From the IMG/VR virus record IMGVR_UViG_3300020403_000008: a stretch of 20,000 nucleotides of DNA. One strand, 5' to 3'. The notes beneath the pieces were generated by a model. That model saw only the letters and a program-made list of their open reading frames with translations, had not been told where the DNA came from and did not search any database. How positions within the stretch are numbered: the stretch's first letter is position 1; each line of letters opens with the position of its first letter. This DNA is from an uncultured virus (IMG/VR IMGVR_UViG_3300020403_000008). Lineage: Duplodnaviria; Heunggongvirae; Uroviricota; Caudoviricetes; Crassvirales. Positions 1-7,807 of the stretch are shown one piece after another. The translations under genes were made by a program, and so were the position numbers.

Positions 1-174
1 AAACAAATTGCTTACTCTATATTATCCACTAAGTTCGGGGTTCAAGAATACATTGTCAGAAGATTTCAAAAAGAAGCGTTTGCTGCATTAAAAAACGCAA
101 GAATAAGATTGAACGATGTCAACCCTGTTGACCTTGTAAAAGCAATGAAAGGTCGAAACAAGTGGATTAAATAA
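1..174 (+). CDS. 3' end of a phage structural protein (probable tail tubular A/adaptor-ring protein), partial
   Basis: Frame 1 is open from base 1: KQIAYSILSTKFGVQEYIVRRFQKEAFAALKNARIRLNDVNPVDLVKAMKGRNKWIK*. Its TAA (172-174) overlaps the next ATG (TAATG). Identity is inferred from position directly upstream of the stabilization-type gene. Confidence 0.6.
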   Translation, partial: KQIAYSILSTKFGVQEYIVRRFQKEAFAALKNARIRLNDVNPVDLVKAMKGRNKWIK

Positions 175-3100
175 TGAGATTAAGAAATACTTTTATTGGC
201 GGCAAAATGAACAAAGACGTAGACGAGCGTCTTGTTCCAGATGGTGAGTACAGAGATGCTGAAAACATCAAAGTTGCTATGTCTAATAGTTCTGACGTAG
301 GTGCTCTAGAAAATGTGCTGTCTAATAAACAAAAATCTTTTTTAGATACAGGTAATAATGCTGAGACCATAGGTAGCGCAGCTGTTGAATATACTAATTG
401 TGTTTATTGGTTTGTAAAATCTGATACTTCAAGTGCTGTTTATGAATACAACATCACTACTGATTTACAAAGAATAATATTATTAGACACTAGAACGGGC
501 TCAGACAATGTATTAAATTTTAGCAAAGAAAATAGAATAAACAATGTTGACACTGTAGTTGATACTGACAATGGTAAAATATTTATATTCTGGACAGACG
601 GATTAAATCCTCCTAGAAAAATAGAAATAGATAGGGCTGCTGAATACGGAGAAAATAATTTTACAGATGAAGACATTAGTGTTATAGTAAAACCTCCTCT
701 ACATAGACCTACGTTTACATTATCAGCTACAAACACAGCTGACGAAAATTATATTAAAGATAAGTTTCTACAGTTTTCATATAGATATAAATATGTAGAC
801 AACCAATATTCAGCTATATCTCCTTTTAGCAATCCCGCTTTTGAACCGTATCCTTTTAAATACAACTACGGATTAAATAGTAACGAGTCTTTTGTTAACA
901 GATACAATGTTGTAAACCTAACAGTAAACTCAGGAAGTCATCTAGTAAAAGAGGTTGAGGTTTTATATAAAGAAGCTGGCAAACAAAATCTGTATGTTGT
1001 AGAATCCTACAACAAAGAGAAAAAAACATGGGATGATAATACTGAATATGTAGTTACATTTCAAAACAAAAAAATAAGCAAGATACTGCCAGAGAGTCAA
1101 ATTAAAAGAATATTTGATGCTGTACCAAGAAAAGCTTTTGCACAAACATTTATTGGAAACAGATTGCTTTACGCTAACTACACGGAGAACTGGAATCTGA
1201 TTGACGAGTTGGGGGGTGAAATAAAACCTGATTTTACTGCTTCTGTTCTTACAAATGAATTTGCTACCGCTCCATACACAACCATGAAGGCTGGTAGAGA
1301 CTACGAAGTTGGTATAGTTTATTTAGATGAATATGGCAGAACTACGACAGTTCTTACATCTGATGGAAACAGTGTTTTTGTACCAAACGAAAATGCATTA
1401 TATCAGTCTAAACTACAAGTTGAGATAAGAAGCAAAGCTCCTGTATGGGCAAAGTATTTTAGATTTTTTATCAAAGAAAGTAAAATGCCATACGACATAG
1501 TTATTCCTACAAGATTTTATGTTGATGGAGCTTATGTATGGATAGAGCTGACTGGTAGTGACGTTAACAAAATAGAAAAAGGAACACGCTTAGTCGTCAA
1601 GGCAGATACCTCTGGACCTGTAAAAGGATACGTAGAAACAGAAGTGTTAGACCTACAAACGCAAACTGTAAACTTTTTAGAGCCTGACCCAACAGTAGCA
1701 GAACTAGAGCAAAAAGCAGGATTATATTATAAAATAAGACCAAAAGGGTTTACTTTCAATAATAATGCAGTAGAATTATATGAGTTCGAATCAAATCACA
1801 GCACAAGGGATAGAAGGGAAAATATGATAGATAGGGGTGATAAGCTCCAATATTTTGGCGAACCAATCCCTTATTTATCAGAATCAACTTCACTTGCTGG
1901 AAACTCACTATCTAGGTCAGGAACTAATATAGCCCCAAGAGATATTAGATATAAAATAATAATAGATGCTGTAGGGGATGGTATTACAACCTACGATGAG
2001 TTTAGAGTTGAATATACTGACAACGGGGTTGCTTATGCTCAACCAGCCGTAACAATTACAGGGAGTAGTCAAACTATAACCAACGGGCTTAGTGTAAGCT
2101 TTAGCTCTCGTTCTGGTCATACTGTAGGTGATTATTGGGTGGTTAGTGGTTACGGTAAAGAACCTTTAAACTTTGGAAATCGTGACAGGTCTCATGCTTT
2201 ATTTAGAGGAGAACCTGGCAATGAAGTTATTGAGGCAGGCTCAATAGTAGAAATAGAATATATTGAATCACAAAAAGCTGGTGACGGATATAGCAACAGT
2301 TTTACAGAATCATACACTTCAAGTAGCAGATATGCAAATTTAGAAGAATGGTATTACGGAGAAAACCTTTCTGGATTTGGTCCAGGAGTTACAGATGCAC
2401 AAGTATTTTTTAGACATGTTAACTTGACTGACGACCATGGAGGTGAAGGAAAAACCGCCTTCAAAGTACAAGTACAGCAAAACGGTACCATGTGTATGAT
2501 AATCCAAAGTAAACAAAGACAATGGAATGAAAGAAATGCAAATGCAAGAGTTTACACAACAGGATTATTAGAAATAAAATCATCAGACAGCCTGCCTATA
2601 TTTGAAACTAAAGCAATAGAAAAAGATTCAGATATATTTTATGAAGTAGGAGACACTTATGAGTTATCAGACGATAACACTTTCCACATTGGTAAAGCTG
2701 GTGACGTCCCTCAGTCTTTTACTTCTCCTGCTACAATTACAATAGACGCCCACAATGCATGGGCTTGGGGGAATGGATATGAGTCAATAAAGATAAAAGA
2801 CCTATTTAATAATCCAACATTTGTTTTTGACACAAGACCAAGCACCTTTATAGAAAGTTATAGAGAAAATAACAGAGTAGCTTCTTTAACATATTCTGGA
2901 GTTTATGAGCAAAGCACAAATTTCAATGCCTTAAATGAATTTAATTTATCTACGGCAAACTTTAAAGATATAGATGACGCTTTAGGCAGCATACAAAAAA
3001 TAGTATCAAGAGATAATGATATTGTAGTATTCCAAGAAAACAAAATATCTAAACTCTTGTTTAATAAAAACATCATATTTAACACTGACGGCTCAGGAAA

Positions 3101-4082
3101 TATATCACAAACTAAAAATGTATTAGGAACTATAACTCCTTATACAGGTGAGTTTGGTGTTGGATTGAACCCTGAAAGTGTTTGTAAATATGGAAACGTA
3201 ATATATTTTGCAGACACAAGTAGAGGTTTTGTGTTCAGACTGTCTAACGATGGACTGACTCAAATATCACAGTATGGTATGGCAAACTTCTTTAGAAGTG
3301 AATTACCAGTGCGTGATTTAAATAAAACTTTAGGTGGATACAATCCTAGAGACGGAGAGTATATTTTATCTTTACAAGGAGGAACAGAATCTACAGACAC
3401 TTTGTTGTGGGTTGGAGATGAATATTTCTGTGAACAAACATTTGTTGATGATGTAGTAGAATGGAGAGGTACAGAAGCTGTATGTCTTGTTTCTTGTTAT
3501 GGAGATTGGAAACCTTCTGACATAGTAAGCGATGGTCAAGATTGGAGAATTGACGAGTATTATTGTGAGCAAGAAGAGCAAAGACCAACACCAATACCAA
3601 TTCCTACACCATCACCAGTGCCTACACCAGTACCCGTGGCTGTGCCGTCTCCATCTCCAGTGCCAGTACCTGTACCAGTGCCAGTTGTTGCTCCTAACCC
3701 AACGCCTGCACCAGCACCTACACCAGCGCCTGTAGCGGATTTACCACCAGTACCAGCACCAACACCTACCCCGTCACCAACACCTGCCCCAGTACCAGCG
3801 CCAACACCTGCGCCTACACCTACTCCTACGCCAGCGCCTGCACCAACGCCTGTACCAACTCCAGCTCCAGCAGCGCCAACAGCGATGAGACTAAACCCAT
3901 GTAACCCATTTGGTGTTTACAACAAAGTAATACCTTATGACTCTAATCTGTCAGTTGGAACCGTGGTTACAATAGAAGACGGAAACTGTTATGCAGTTAG
4001 TGCTGCTATCACTGATACAGCGAACTCTACAGTGTCACAAGTTTTCTTAAATTGTTATAATTGTACTAATGGAATATTTTAA
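174..4082 (+). CDS. Tail tubular protein B / 'stabilization protein'-like, N-terminal part, with an appended Pro-rich stalk and Cys-containing terminal module
   Basis: 1302 aa. The N-terminus F..GKMNKDVDERLVPDGEYRDAENI and internal motifs WTDGLNPPRKI, FSYRYKYVDNQYSAISPFS, GNRLLYANY, YEVGIVYLDEYGR and GEFGVGLNPES are ones I recognise from Bacteroidota-phage stabilization proteins. The conserved part ends near LGGYNPRDGEYILSL (~3330-3374). W-x6-C repeats, about 100 aa of (X-P)n and a C...C...CxxC module follow. Confidence 0.75.
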   Translation: MRLRNTFIGGKMNKDVDERLVPDGEYRDAENIKVAMSNSSDVGALENVLSNKQKSFLDTGNNAETIGSAAVEYTNCVYWFVKSDTSSAVYEYNITTDLQRIILLDTRTGSDNVLNFSKENRINNVDTVVDTDNGKIFIFWTDGLNPPRKIEIDRAAEYGENNFTDEDISVIVKPPLHRPTFTLSATNTADENYIKDKFLQFSYRYKYVDNQYSAISPFSNPAFEPYPFKYNYGLNSNESFVNRYNVVNLTVNSGSHLVKEVEVLYKEAGKQNLYVVESYNKEKKTWDDNTEYVVTFQNKKISKILPESQIKRIFDAVPRKAFAQTFIGNRLLYANYTENWNLIDELGGEIKPDFTASVLTNEFATAPYTTMKAGRDYEVGIVYLDEYGRTTTVLTSDGNSVFVPNENALYQSKLQVEIRSKAPVWAKYFRFFIKESKMPYDIVIPTRFYVDGAYVWIELTGSDVNKIEKGTRLVVKADTSGPVKGYVETEVLDLQTQTVNFLEPDPTVAELEQKAGLYYKIRPKGFTFNNNAVELYEFESNHSTRDRRENMIDRGDKLQYFGEPIPYLSESTSLAGNSLSRSGTNIAPRDIRYKIIIDAVGDGITTYDEFRVEYTDNGVAYAQPAVTITGSSQTITNGLSVSFSSRSGHTVGDYWVVSGYGKEPLNFGNRDRSHALFRGEPGNEVIEAGSIVEIEYIESQKAGDGYSNSFTESYTSSSRYANLEEWYYGENLSGFGPGVTDAQVFFRHVNLTDDHGGEGKTAFKVQVQQNGTMCMIIQSKQRQWNERNANARVYTTGLLEIKSSDSLPIFETKAIEKDSDIFYEVGDTYELSDDNTFHIGKAGDVPQSFTSPATITIDAHNAWAWGNGYESIKIKDLFNNPTFVFDTRPSTFIESYRENNRVASLTYSGVYEQSTNFNALNEFNLSTANFKDIDDALGSIQKIVSRDNDIVVFQENKISKLLFNKNIIFNTDGSGNISQTKNVLGTITPYTGEFGVGLNPESVCKYGNVIYFADTSRGFVFRLSNDGLTQISQYGMANFFRSELPVRDLNKTLGGYNPRDGEYILSLQGGTESTDTLLWVGDEYFCEQTFVDDVVEWRGTEAVCLVSCYGDWKPSDIVSDGQDWRIDEYYCEQEEQRPTPIPIPTPSPVPTPVPVAVPSPSPVPVPVPVPVVAPNPTPAPAPTPAPVADLPPVPAPTPTPSPTPAPVPAPTPAPTPTPTPAPAPTPVPTPAPAAPTAMRLNPCNPFGVYNKVIPYDSNLSVGTVVTIEDGNCYAVSAAITDTANSTVSQVFLNCYNCTNGIF

Positions 4083-5867
4083 ATGAGCAATACAGGGAAA
4101 AAAATAGTAACAAGGTTAAGACTGTTCAAGGACGGTTTAGCAACTAGCAAGACAAAACCAAATGTCGAGGGAGATAAATATTATGTTGCTCCATTCGAAG
4201 ATTTGGTAGATTGCAACCCTCTTGGACCACCAGCTCCTATACCTACTCCTACACCTGCGCCAGTTGCTGTGCCAGCTACACCACCTGTGCCTACACCTAT
4301 TCCTGTAGCGGTGCCTACGCCTTCGCCTACGCCTACGCCTAGCCCATCGCCTATTCCTGCACCTGTGCCTAATCCTTCACCAAGTCCAACGCCAGCTCCA
4401 GTAGTTGTGCCTGTACCTGTGCCTAATCCTATTCCAACCCCTGCACCTGTACCAAGCCCTGTACCTACCCCTGCACCTGCTGTAGCACCAACCCCTGCAC
4501 CAGTAATGCCTACACCTGCTCCTGTACCTGCTGCACCAACACCTGTACCAACTCCAGCTCCTTCTCCAGTAAGCTCTACTTATCATGTTTGGTCAGCAAA
4601 TGCAATAAGTATTAGTCAAGGAATTTATAGTGGAGATGTTTCCATAAGTGATGCGGAGCAAACAATATTTGGTCCTATAGGTAGCGGATATGATTCAACG
4701 TTAGCTTTATATTTAAGTGACGATAATGGAAGCTTAGATTCAGTACAAGCTCTTATCGCTTCAGCTGATGCTGGCGGAACTATAACTGCGTACTTAAGCT
4801 TTAACGAGATTCTTCCAATACAAGTAAATCAGTCAGCTCCTTACTTTGCTATAAACGAAGTAGGCGCAGGCACACAAGCGAACATAAGAAGCGCACAGCT
4901 TGTAATTAAAATAGGTACAGACAGCACTTTACAAGTTATAAACGGTTCTGATATATATTATGAAGTAGACCCTCTTAACCCTGTACCTTCTCCAGTTGCA
5001 GCTCCAGTAGCATCAGATGTATGTTTGACTAATCCTGCTGCTGTAACAATACAAAGCATTGGAGGTGGCAATAAATATGTATTTGGAGGCACATACGGAA
5101 ATTATAAAACATCAGTTGGAACTTATGTCTTAACAGGCGTTCCTTCAAGTCATCCTATTGCAATACTTAATGACGGAAAACAAGCCTTCATAAGTTATAC
5201 AGGAACTGTAATGGCAGGTTCAAAAGGCATAAATAATGTTTATCACGACTACTATTATGGCGATATAACGATAACTGTAAACGGAGATTATGGAACAGTA
5301 AGTTATGATTGCTTGAATCATGGATACATGGGAGGACAAGATAACTTAACATACGATAATGTTACATGTTCAGCTCCTTCTCCAGTGCCAGTTGCACCTA
5401 CGCCAATCCCTGTAGGAGCACCTATAGCAGCTCCAGTAGTAGCACCAACACCAGCACCTACTCCTGCTCCAACACCAGCTCCAGCACCTGTTCCTGCTCC
5501 AGCTAGCCAAACTTATAGTTTACCACAAGGCTCAACTATTAATGTTCAAGGCATGTTTATGAACGGAACGCTTTGGTATTATTTTGGAACTTATGGTAGC
5601 GATAGCTATACGTTTACCGCAACCTCAGGAACATATACATTCAACGTTCCTCAATCACACCCTATTGCTTTCTATACAGCGGGAACAACAAACAGCTACA
5701 GTGGAGGTACGGTGCAAGGAACTAAGAACGGACAAGACGGAAATAGCTATGATTATAGATATGGAACAGTAACATTAACAATAAATGATACAAGCGCAAC
5801 ACCAGTGACTTATGAGTGTTATTTCCATGGTTACATGGGAGGATTAAACAATCTCATATTGGTATAA
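4083..5867 (+). CDS. Pro-rich modular putative virion appendage protein with two cupredoxin-like (HP...CxxHGYMGG) repeats
   Basis: 594 aa, starting immediately after the upstream TAA. It has the shared N-terminal NTGxK..LR..KPN..Y..P..D...C module, (X-P)n tracts, and two similar domains each containing SHPIA and YxCxxHGYMGG. Confidence 0.7.
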   Translation: MSNTGKKIVTRLRLFKDGLATSKTKPNVEGDKYYVAPFEDLVDCNPLGPPAPIPTPTPAPVAVPATPPVPTPIPVAVPTPSPTPTPSPSPIPAPVPNPSPSPTPAPVVVPVPVPNPIPTPAPVPSPVPTPAPAVAPTPAPVMPTPAPVPAAPTPVPTPAPSPVSSTYHVWSANAISISQGIYSGDVSISDAEQTIFGPIGSGYDSTLALYLSDDNGSLDSVQALIASADAGGTITAYLSFNEILPIQVNQSAPYFAINEVGAGTQANIRSAQLVIKIGTDSTLQVINGSDIYYEVDPLNPVPSPVAAPVASDVCLTNPAAVTIQSIGGGNKYVFGGTYGNYKTSVGTYVLTGVPSSHPIAILNDGKQAFISYTGTVMAGSKGINNVYHDYYYGDITITVNGDYGTVSYDCLNHGYMGGQDNLTYDNVTCSAPSPVPVAPTPIPVGAPIAAPVVAPTPAPTPAPTPAPAPVPAPASQTYSLPQGSTINVQGMFMNGTLWYYFGTYGSDSYTFTATSGTYTFNVPQSHPIAFYTAGTTNSYSGGTVQGTKNGQDGNSYDYRYGTVTLTINDTSATPVTYECYFHGYMGGLNNLILV

Positions 5868-5871
5868 CAAC

Positions 5872-5887
5872 TATCTTTGTATGATAT
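5872..5887 (+). promoter_or_regulatory. Putative Bacteroidota-type -7 promoter element (TATCTTTG) followed by TATGATAT
   Basis: TATCTTTG at 5872-5879 matches TAnnTTTG and lies in the gap before the ATG at 5891. No clear -33 TTTG was seen. Confidence 0.45.
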
Positions 5888-5890
5888 AAT

Positions 5891-6880
5891 ATGGCAAATA
5901 CAGGAAGAAAAATATTCACAACGATACGTCAATATGTAAATGGCGTTTGGAATGGTAACGAGAAGTTCAATAGCACTGACGACCCCGATTACCAATACCC
6001 TGTTTATGATGAAGCTGAGTGCCCACTACCAGCTCCTCCTGTACCTAGCCCTATACCAACCCCTAGCCCAATACCAACACCTAGTCCAGTGCCTGTTCCA
6101 GTGCCAGCAGTAGTGGAAGTAGCCCCTAATCCAGTGCCAAATCCAGCGCCAACTCCAACTCCTGCGCCTGTGCCTGTTGTTATTCCTACACCTGCACCAG
6201 TTCCGAATCCAACACCAGCGCCACAACCAGCGCCGACACCCGCTCCTGCCCCAGTACCAGCGCCTGTTCCTGCTCCTACTTCAAACCAGTATGTGGTTCT
6301 AGGACATGGAAACACTCCAGAATCTGCATGTAACGATACTTTAAATGATTTATTTTATATTGATGGAGGACAATTAGCTACATCAACAAATGTATATTAC
6401 GATGAATGGGGTAATACAAAATCGCAACCACAATATTTTGCTCAAGCTGGAGTTGTAAGATATTGGAATGGACAACAGTTTACATCTTACGCAAGTTGTA
6501 ACCAACCAACACCAGCACCGAATGCACCTACGCCAATACCAGTAGCAGCACCAACAGCTAATTGCGGAAGCAATACATATTACCTAAGCGAAGGTAAATT
6601 CTATGGTTCTTATTTCTGCCAATCACCTTTTGGAGGAATGGTTGGAGGAGGAGCGGCAACGACTTACCCAATAACTATGGCGGTTACATCGAACTATCCT
6701 GGAAGCGTAAATGCTCAACTAGGAGCTCAACTATGTTACAATGGACAACCTTTTTCTGGAAACGGCTTCCATTATTTAATGAGTACCTTCCCTAGTAGTT
6801 TTAATGGAACAGGAAGTCATTCGATGGTAGTAATTAATGATGACGGTATAGTTACCTCAGTTAAATATATGACTTGTTAA
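5891..6880 (+). CDS. Pro-rich modular putative virion appendage protein
   Basis: 329 aa: shared N-module, (X-P)n stalk, a [17 protein letters not shown] domain shared with 7808-9598, and a C-terminal YLS..LGAQ..INDDGI..C domain shared with 6882-7616. Confidence 0.7.
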   Translation: MANTGRKIFTTIRQYVNGVWNGNEKFNSTDDPDYQYPVYDEAECPLPAPPVPSPIPTPSPIPTPSPVPVPVPAVVEVAPNPVPNPAPTPTPAPVPVVIPTPAPVPNPTPAPQPAPTPAPAPVPAPVPAPTSNQYVVLGHGNTPESACNDTLNDLFYIDGGQLATSTNVYYDEWGNTKSQPQYFAQAGVVRYWNGQQFTSYASCNQPTPAPNAPTPIPVAAPTANCGSNTYYLSEGKFYGSYFCQSPFGGMVGGGAATTYPITMAVTSNYPGSVNAQLGAQLCYNGQPFSGNGFHYLMSTFPSSFNGTGSHSMVVINDDGIVTSVKYMTC

Positions 6881-6881
6881 T

Positions 6882-7616
6882 ATGGCAAATACAGGAAGTA
6901 AAATATATAGAACACTAAGGCTCATAAAAAATGGAGTTAGGACTGTGCACGTAAAACCAAACGTGCCAGAAGACCCTGACTTTATTCCTCCTTTTACAGA
7001 CTTAGCAGATTGCTATACTAATGCTCCTGCACCTGCGCCTGTTCCTGTTCCTACTCCTGCTCCAGTACCTAACCCCGTGCCAACTCCAGGACCTGCACCT
7101 TCGCCAGTTCCTGCTCCAAGTGCAATACCTCCAACCCCAGCACCAACTCCTGCGCCAGTCGCAGATGTTGTACCAACTCCTTCACCGACACCTGCGCCAG
7201 TAGTAAAAGTTCCTTCGCCAGTTGGAGGAGGTTCTACTTTCTACTTGAGTGCACCAAGACAAACATCTGGAGAGCTTTGTACAGCTGCATTCTCAATAGT
7301 TATGAGTGTACAAGTTACAGCTGCTACGGTTGCAACATCGTTAGGAGCACAAGTAACTAAAGGTGGAGCTAAGTTCCGTGGTAATAACAAATATTACGCA
7401 ATGGACAATTCAAATAATTATACAACACACTCAGGAACAACATGGTTGGCTGTGTTAATTAATAATGATGGTATTATACAAGATATAGTTTACGTAAAAT
7501 GTGGAGATTATGATGTAATGGATGGCACAGGATGGGATGCCCCAGACCCTTATAGCACGACACCACAAGATGACGGTGAGCTTGTTTATTATTATAAAGA
7601 TACAATGAATTTATAG
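6882..7616 (+). CDS. Pro-rich modular putative virion appendage protein
   Basis: 244 aa: shared N-module, (X-P)n stalk, a domain paralogous to the C-terminus of 5891-6880, and an acidic tail. Confidence 0.7.
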   Translation: MANTGSKIYRTLRLIKNGVRTVHVKPNVPEDPDFIPPFTDLADCYTNAPAPAPVPVPTPAPVPNPVPTPGPAPSPVPAPSAIPPTPAPTPAPVADVVPTPSPTPAPVVKVPSPVGGGSTFYLSAPRQTSGELCTAAFSIVMSVQVTAATVATSLGAQVTKGGAKFRGNNKYYAMDNSNNYTTHSGTTWLAVLINNDGIIQDIVYVKCGDYDVMDGTGWDAPDPYSTTPQDDGELVYYYKDTMNL

Positions 7617-7618
7617 AT

Positions 7619-7801
7619 ATGAATTTTACAGGGAAAAAATATTATACAAAATTAAGAAAGTTCGTAAATGGAAAACCAACACAAGATGTGAAGGAAAACA
7701 TAATTACGGACCCAGATTATATAAAACCTTATGATGATATAAATGGATGCCCAAAAGGCACGTCTTCGCCTGCACCAGTTGCAGCGCCAACGACATATTA
7801 A
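7619..7801 (+). CDS. Small protein consisting almost solely of the shared N-terminal module
   Basis: 60 aa MNFTGKKYYTKLRKFVNG...KENIITDPDYIKPYDDINGCP plus SSPAPVAAPTTY. It fits exactly between its neighbours. Confidence 0.7.
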   Translation: MNFTGKKYYTKLRKFVNGKPTQDVKENIITDPDYIKPYDDINGCPKGTSSPAPVAAPTTY

Positions 7802-7807
7802 TTAATT

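Noticed and set aside
6004..6315. Minus-strand Gly-rich ORFs (GAGVG/GATGLGV repeats; also 9064-9312) and Trp/Arg/Cys-rich ORFs (4377-4586, 6026-6226, 8318-8518, 9191-9541)
   Set aside because: They are antisense shadows of the Pro-codon tracts (CCN reads as NGG/GGN) and lie wholly within well-supported + strand genes.
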